Source of the DNA: an uncultured Candidatus Saccharibacteria bacterium
GTDB lineage: Bacteria; Patescibacteriota; 4484-211; JAGQKX01
Length of the DNA: 64,000 nucleotides
Direction of reading: 5' to 3'
NCBI GenBank assembly: GCA_964392315.1
Contig: CAYMOT010000003.1
Coordinates: 3,665 to 67,664 of the forward strand
This document shows positions 59,649-64,000 of this stretch, in pieces; positions within the stretch are counted from its first letter, which is position 1; each line of letters starts with the position of its first letter. The translations under genes and the position numbers were made by a program. The notes under the pieces were generated by a model. It was not told the origin of the DNA, did no database searches, and saw nothing but the letters and a program-made list of their open reading frames with translations.

Positions 59649-60953
59649 TTACCTGCCTATACCTTCGTATTGTATCTCTGTGCCTTCAAATAGTGCTCGC
59701 TCCCACACGTTTCGGCAATCAACGATCAGTCCTTTGAACCCATGATCCTGGAATTCTCTTGCCGTAACGTTTTTAAATTCTTCCCACTGCGTCATAAGCA
59801 CAAGCGCATCCTTATTCATAAGCGCGTCCCATTTATTAGCCGTAAAAGTGAGGTTTTCGTGTGTAAGCTCCTTTTGGGCGTTATCCATTGCCTGAGGATC
59901 ATAACAAGCGACACATGCGCCTTCCGCAAGTAGCGACTGTATAACCTCAAGCGCTGCCGCATCGCGTATATCATCGGTATTTGGTTTAAATGCTAATCCC
60001 CAGACAGCGATGTTTTTACTTTCTAGAGAAGGGTAACGGCTTTTAAGCTTTGAAATAGCAACCAAACGCTGGTTTCTGTTCGATTCCACTGCGGCTTCGA
60101 GAATCCTCAGGGAAATACCGTTATCTTTAGCCGTATTGATGATGGCATCGATATCTTTCGGAAAGCAGCTTCCTCCATACCCTGGCCCCGGTTCCAAAAA
60201 AGCTGGGCCAATACGCGAATCAAGGCCTAATCCGCGCGATATTTCTAACACATCCGCACCCACCGCTTCACACAACCGCGCAATTTCATTGATGAACGAA
60301 ATCTTTGTCACCAGGAAAGCGTTATTTGCATATTTCAAAAGCTCTGCACTTTGAATAGAGATCGTGAGCAATGTATATCCTTTTTCAGTCAATGGTCTAT
60401 ACAATTCCTCAAGTTTTTCTCGTGCACGAATCGAATCAGTACCTACTACAATTTTGTCAGGCTCTAGAAAATCCCTTATTGCTACTCCCTCTCTCAAAAA
60501 CTCTGGGTTTGAGGCAACATCAAATTCTGTGTCTTTTGAAATATGCATCTTGATTGATTCTCGTACAATCCGTGCAGTTCCCACTGGCACGGTCGATTTA
60601 TTGACAAAAACAATATAGTGATCAAGATGTTTGCCCACTTCTTCTGCAACTTGTTTAACATACGTCAAATTTACTCGTCGGTTTTTGTCAGGGGGAGTAC
60701 CAACTGCATTAATTACTATCTCAGCATTTGGTAGTGCATCTTGTATGCGCGTTGTAAAGGAAATGCGTCCTGAAGCAAGATTTTTTTTGAGTAGCTCTTC
60801 GAGGCCTTCTTCATAGATTGTAGGAATACCATTCGACAGTTTTTGTACAATTTCTGGATTTATATCTATACAGGTTACCTCATGACCGATATCGGCCAAA
60901 CACACACCAGACACCAACCCTACATACCCTGTTCCCACAATCATTATGTTCAT
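59649..60953 (-). CDS. ugd: UDP-glucose 6-dehydrogenase
   Basis: IMIVGTGYVGLVSG, GYGGSCFPKD and the full three-domain length (434 aa). Confidence 0.85.
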   Translation of the reverse strand: MNIMIVGTGYVGLVSGVCLADIGHEVTCIDINPEIVQKLSNGIPTIYEEGLEELLKKNLASGRISFTTRIQDALPNAEIVINAVGTPPDKNRRVNLTYVKQVAEEVGKHLDHYIVFVNKSTVPVGTARIVRESIKMHISKDTEFDVASNPEFLREGVAIRDFLEPDKIVVGTDSIRAREKLEELYRPLTEKGYTLLTISIQSAELLKYANNAFLVTKISFINEIARLCEAVGADVLEISRGLGLDSRIGPAFLEPGPGYGGSCFPKDIDAIINTAKDNGISLRILEAAVESNRNQRLVAISKLKSRYPSLESKNIAVWGLAFKPNTDDIRDAAALEVIQSLLAEGACVACYDPQAMDNAQKELTHENLTFTANKWDALMNKDALVLMTQWEEFKNVTAREFQDHGFKGLIVDCRNVWERALFEGTEIQYEGIGR

Positions 60954-60995
60954 AGTGAGTTACTATTCGAATTACGAATGAGTTTGCATATTTGC

Positions 60996-62009
60996 TTATT
61001 CGCCTATTTGCTTATTATTTCCATTGTGCCACTTCCATGCATGCTCGACCATTTTTTGCAGTCCGTATATAGGCTTCCAACCCAGCTCTTCCGTAATTTT
61101 TTTCGCATCGGCATAAAGCTCCGCAGGGTCACCAGCCCTTCGTGGACCCATTTCAATTTTTAGAGGAGCCGTGGTAACCCGCCGTACCATATCAATGACT
61201 TCTTTGTTTGAATATCCGCGGCCAACCCCTACGTTGTAAGCTTCAAAACCCGAGAATGTTTCGAGCTTTTTTAGTGCGAGAATATGGGCTTTTGCCAAAT
61301 CAACTACATGTACATAATCTCGAATACACGTCCCATCGGGGGTTGGATAATCATCCCCATTAAGTTTGAACGTAGTATCTTTCAGTATTGTCTCCATGAG
61401 TATCGGAATGATATGAATAAATGCTGGTGCACCATCTCCCAGACTCCCATCTTCCATGGCACCAGCAACATTAAAGTATCGCAAACTAATGACATCCAAA
61501 AAATTGAGTTGTGCAAACCATTGCAACGCTTCTTCTACCTGAAGTTTTGTATGGCCATACACACTCGTCGGTTTTTTTGGGGTATCTTCTCTGATAGGAA
61601 GTGCCTCGGGCTGGCCATACACAGCGCATGATGAAGAAAATACAATTTTACGAATATTATGCGCATTGAGCATGTGTAATAAATTGAGTGATCCGCCAGT
61701 GTTGTTCGTATAGTACTCACCAGGTTGTTGCATAGAATCACGAACTGATTTCTTCGCAGCAAAATGAACAACTGCATCCGGTTTGTACACGTCCAATACA
61801 TGAGCAATAGCATCTAAATCCCTGAGATCTCCTTCAAATACCTGCCATCCGCGTACAACTTCCGGTGAAGAATTGCTGAAGTTATCAAAAACAGCCACAT
61901 CAAACCCTTCGTGTTGTAAAAGCTTTGCCGTGATTGCACCAATATATCCAGCCCCCCCGGTAACGAGAATTCTATTTGCTTTGACTGTTGGCGAATTGGT
62001 TCCTTGCAT
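60996..62009 (-). CDS. galE: UDP-glucose 4-epimerase
   Basis: ILVTGGAGYIGA, YGHTKLQVE (YxxxK), 337 aa. Confidence 0.85.
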   Translation of the reverse strand: MQGTNSPTVKANRILVTGGAGYIGAITAKLLQHEGFDVAVFDNFSNSSPEVVRGWQVFEGDLRDLDAIAHVLDVYKPDAVVHFAAKKSVRDSMQQPGEYYTNNTGGSLNLLHMLNAHNIRKIVFSSSCAVYGQPEALPIREDTPKKPTSVYGHTKLQVEEALQWFAQLNFLDVISLRYFNVAGAMEDGSLGDGAPAFIHIIPILMETILKDTTFKLNGDDYPTPDGTCIRDYVHVVDLAKAHILALKKLETFSGFEAYNVGVGRGYSNKEVIDMVRRVTTAPLKIEMGPRRAGDPAELYADAKKITEELGWKPIYGLQKMVEHAWKWHNGNNKQIGE

Positions 62010-62014
62010 ATGTT

Positions 62015-62977
62015 CTACTTATCCCTTTCCCACCATTCTTTGTTGCCTTGATACCATTGAATAGTCTCTTCTATTCGTTTGTAGAGATCGTGAGAATTTT
62101 TTGGCTCCCAATTGAGCTCCTTACGTACAAGCGTCGTATCGAGCATACCCAATTGGCGAGCATCTGCTTGTGGATCTAATTCAATAAGAGATTTAGACCT
62201 TCCCAAGACAGCGAGTATAGACTCAGCAAGTTCTATTACAGACACATGCACACCTGCTGAAACATTAAAGGTCTTTCCTTTAGATTGGTCAGAGCTGAGA
62301 ATCGTATCAAACAATGAAATGGTATCGGATATATGCAATACACTTTGTTCACTGCTTGGTGCAATATGGATAGGGATTGGCCTATTCTGAAGCGCGTGTA
62401 CGATCATGAGTGGTATAAGCCGATCAGGAGACTGATATGGTCCATACACATAATCCATCCGCAAAACGGTAACCGGTAAACGATATGCGTTCCAGTATGA
62501 CTGCGCAAACATATCTGCAGCTGCCTTACTTGCCTGCTGAGGCGAGTATGCCAACATAGCATCTGCTTCGTGCAGCAGGCGTAAGGCTTCGGTACGATTA
62601 CCGGAGTTAAGACCATATACATCCGAGGGTGATATGTGTACAAAGTGTGTCACACCTACCGCTTTACTTGATTGCAATAAATTGATGGTGCAAAAAATAT
62701 TGGACTGCAGGAATTCAGGAGAACGTGTTCCATCAATGAGATTAAGAACAATATTCGGTGCAACCTGCTCAAACACCGACTGCACGTCCGCACCATTACG
62801 TGCATCGGTCTCAAAGAGGGTGACTCGGGTAGATTGAATGCTTTTTTCAAAAATATCCTTCGTGTTTACCGAGAAGTTATCAAGCACATATAACGTGTCT
62901 TTTGGATATTTTTTACTCCAATATTGGATAAAATTGATACCTATAAATCCAGCACCGCCTGCGACAAGAATATTCAT
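62015..62977 (-). CDS. NAD-dependent epimerase/dehydratase, dTDP-glucose 4,6-dehydratase-like
   Basis: ILVAGGAGFIG, SPSDVYG and a Y...SK catalytic pair. Confidence 0.6.
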   Translation of the reverse strand: MNILVAGGAGFIGINFIQYWSKKYPKDTLYVLDNFSVNTKDIFEKSIQSTRVTLFETDARNGADVQSVFEQVAPNIVLNLIDGTRSPEFLQSNIFCTINLLQSSKAVGVTHFVHISPSDVYGLNSGNRTEALRLLHEADAMLAYSPQQASKAAADMFAQSYWNAYRLPVTVLRMDYVYGPYQSPDRLIPLMIVHALQNRPIPIHIAPSSEQSVLHISDTISLFDTILSSDQSKGKTFNVSAGVHVSVIELAESILAVLGRSKSLIELDPQADARQLGMLDTTLVRKELNWEPKNSHDLYKRIEETIQWYQGNKEWWERDK

Positions 62978-62982
62978 AGTAA

Positions 62983-63579
62983 TTACAATGTTTCTAATTC
63001 CAACGAGCCTCTCGTATCCTCAGAATTAGCTACCGCATTTGCCATACCTGCAAAGGCATCTGTTATACCCTTAGCAGTGATTATAGAATGTAATGCCTTC
63101 TGGTACCAAACGTGTTCCTGTACACCGTTATAGTTTTCCTGCTGTTTTGCCGACTCTGGAATATCCTGCATTTCCGTCATCGCCTCATTCAGTTGCACCT
63201 TATACCGTTCTATTGTTTGTAATGCAGTATCGAGCGAATTATCTTGCACCAACGCGTATGTTTCTGCCAAACGTTTTTTGGAATAACCCAGCAAGACTTC
63301 TGCACGTTCCGCAGGATCTTCAGTTATAAGAAGCCGAATAGATTCCCATATTTGTACAATCCAGTACAATCGAGAACCCGGCAATATATACACATCCGGC
63401 AAAGCCACAGCCAATACCGCCCCGACCGGCTGTTCAGTCTTTATTGCAACCCCTAGTTCTTCAAGCGTCTTAGTCGTTTCAGAAGGTTGTTCGAATATCT
63501 GTGCACCCACCAATGTAGGCGATAGGCCCATAATGAAACTCATTAATAGAAATTGAAGAATATACGCAGTATATTTCAT
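62983..63579 (-). CDS. secreted hypothetical protein
   Basis: N-terminal signal peptide (LLMSFIMGLSPTLVGAQ) followed by a helical, Glu/Gln-rich domain. Confidence 0.3.
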   Translation of the reverse strand: MKYTAYILQFLLMSFIMGLSPTLVGAQIFEQPSETTKTLEELGVAIKTEQPVGAVLAVALPDVYILPGSRLYWIVQIWESIRLLITEDPAERAEVLLGYSKKRLAETYALVQDNSLDTALQTIERYKVQLNEAMTEMQDIPESAKQQENYNGVQEHVWYQKALHSIITAKGITDAFAGMANAVANSEDTRGSLELETL

Positions 63580-63606
63580 ACAAATATAAGAGTCATATCT
63601 ATTTTA

Positions 63607-63945
63607 CTACGTACGCGCACTAATTGAAGGCTCTGCATTGTATACCGGGACTGCAGGGTCCAAAGATTTATTTACCGGTATCCGCAAGGCCAACCCCAGT
63701 GCATTTGCCATTGACACACCAATACGCGTTCCGGTGAAACTACCGGGTCCTACCTGTACGTGTATATTTTGAACCTGCGACAACTGCACCCCATTTCTTT
63801 TGAGCATATTATCAACCACTGACAACAAACGAGCCGAAAGTTCTTTTTGCGCAACCAATGTTACCTCATCAACAGCATGGCCATCGGCATCTAGTAGTTT
63901 GATAATTGCCCTTTCCCATGCAGTCGTATCGATGGATAATGTCAT
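63607..63945 (-). CDS. tsaB: TsaB (YeaZ)-like tRNA t6A biosynthesis protein, N-terminal domain only
   Basis: LSIDTT...VQVGPGSFTGTRIGVSMANALGLAL; only 112 aa. Confidence 0.55.
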   Translation of the reverse strand: MTLSIDTTAWERAIIKLLDADGHAVDEVTLVAQKELSARLLSVVDNMLKRNGVQLSQVQNIHVQVGPGSFTGTRIGVSMANALGLALRIPVNKSLDPAVPVYNAEPSISART

Positions 63946-64000
63946 AACTTTATTCTATAATACAAAGGCTTGCCTCGTGCAATCTTACGTTTTATGATTC

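Noticed and set aside
60954-60995. Near-palindrome TTCGAATTACGAA between ugd and galE
   Set aside because: It is imperfect and short, and could be a weak operator or chance. Evidence is insufficient.
1-64000. CRISPR arrays, IS elements, integrases, tRNA/rRNA genes, toxin-antitoxin or defence islands
   Set aside because: There are no regularly spaced direct repeats, no transposase/integrase/recombinase-like ORFs and no tRNA-like cloverleaf candidates in the few intergenic gaps. The intergenic regions are short and are accounted for by leaders and terminators.

Overview
This window reads as a bacterial chromosomal segment with almost all genes on the minus strand, and I found no rRNA, tRNA, CRISPR array or obvious mobile element. 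It has three parts. (1) A nucleotide-metabolism block: rplU, a SEDS protein, ileS preceded by a T-box leader, glyA, a double-length ThyX-like protein, a NUDIX protein, tmk, a MazG-like protein, two architecturally different class II (B12-dependent) ribonucleotide reductases in tandem, and a PduO-type cobalamin adenosyltransferase. (2) A division/cell-wall (dcw) cluster, mraZ-rsmH-ftsL-ftsI-...-ftsW-murG-ftsQ-ftsA-ftsZ, in which the usual murE/murF/mraY/murD/murC/ddl positions are occupied by a divergent MurA-like protein, an alpha/beta hydrolase, a DegT-family aminotransferase and a FemAB-family peptidyltransferase. After it come a small membrane protein, a NYN-domain protein, glyS (alpha2-type GlyRS) behind a second T-box leader, and recO. 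(3) A roughly 31 kb surface-glycan locus. It contains a polyprenyl-phosphate sugar-phosphotransferase, a DPPR-synthase-like UbiA prenyltransferase, seven GT4 glycosyltransferases, one GT2 (polyprenyl-phosphate sugar synthase-like), three large GT-C-like membrane proteins, Wzx and Wzy, three methyltransferases (two FkbM, one TylF-like), a DUF4012-like protein, two Ugd homologs (one truncated), GalE and an RfbB-like dehydratase. All calls rest on motif recognition in the supplied translations and on reading the DNA directly; no database searches were run.
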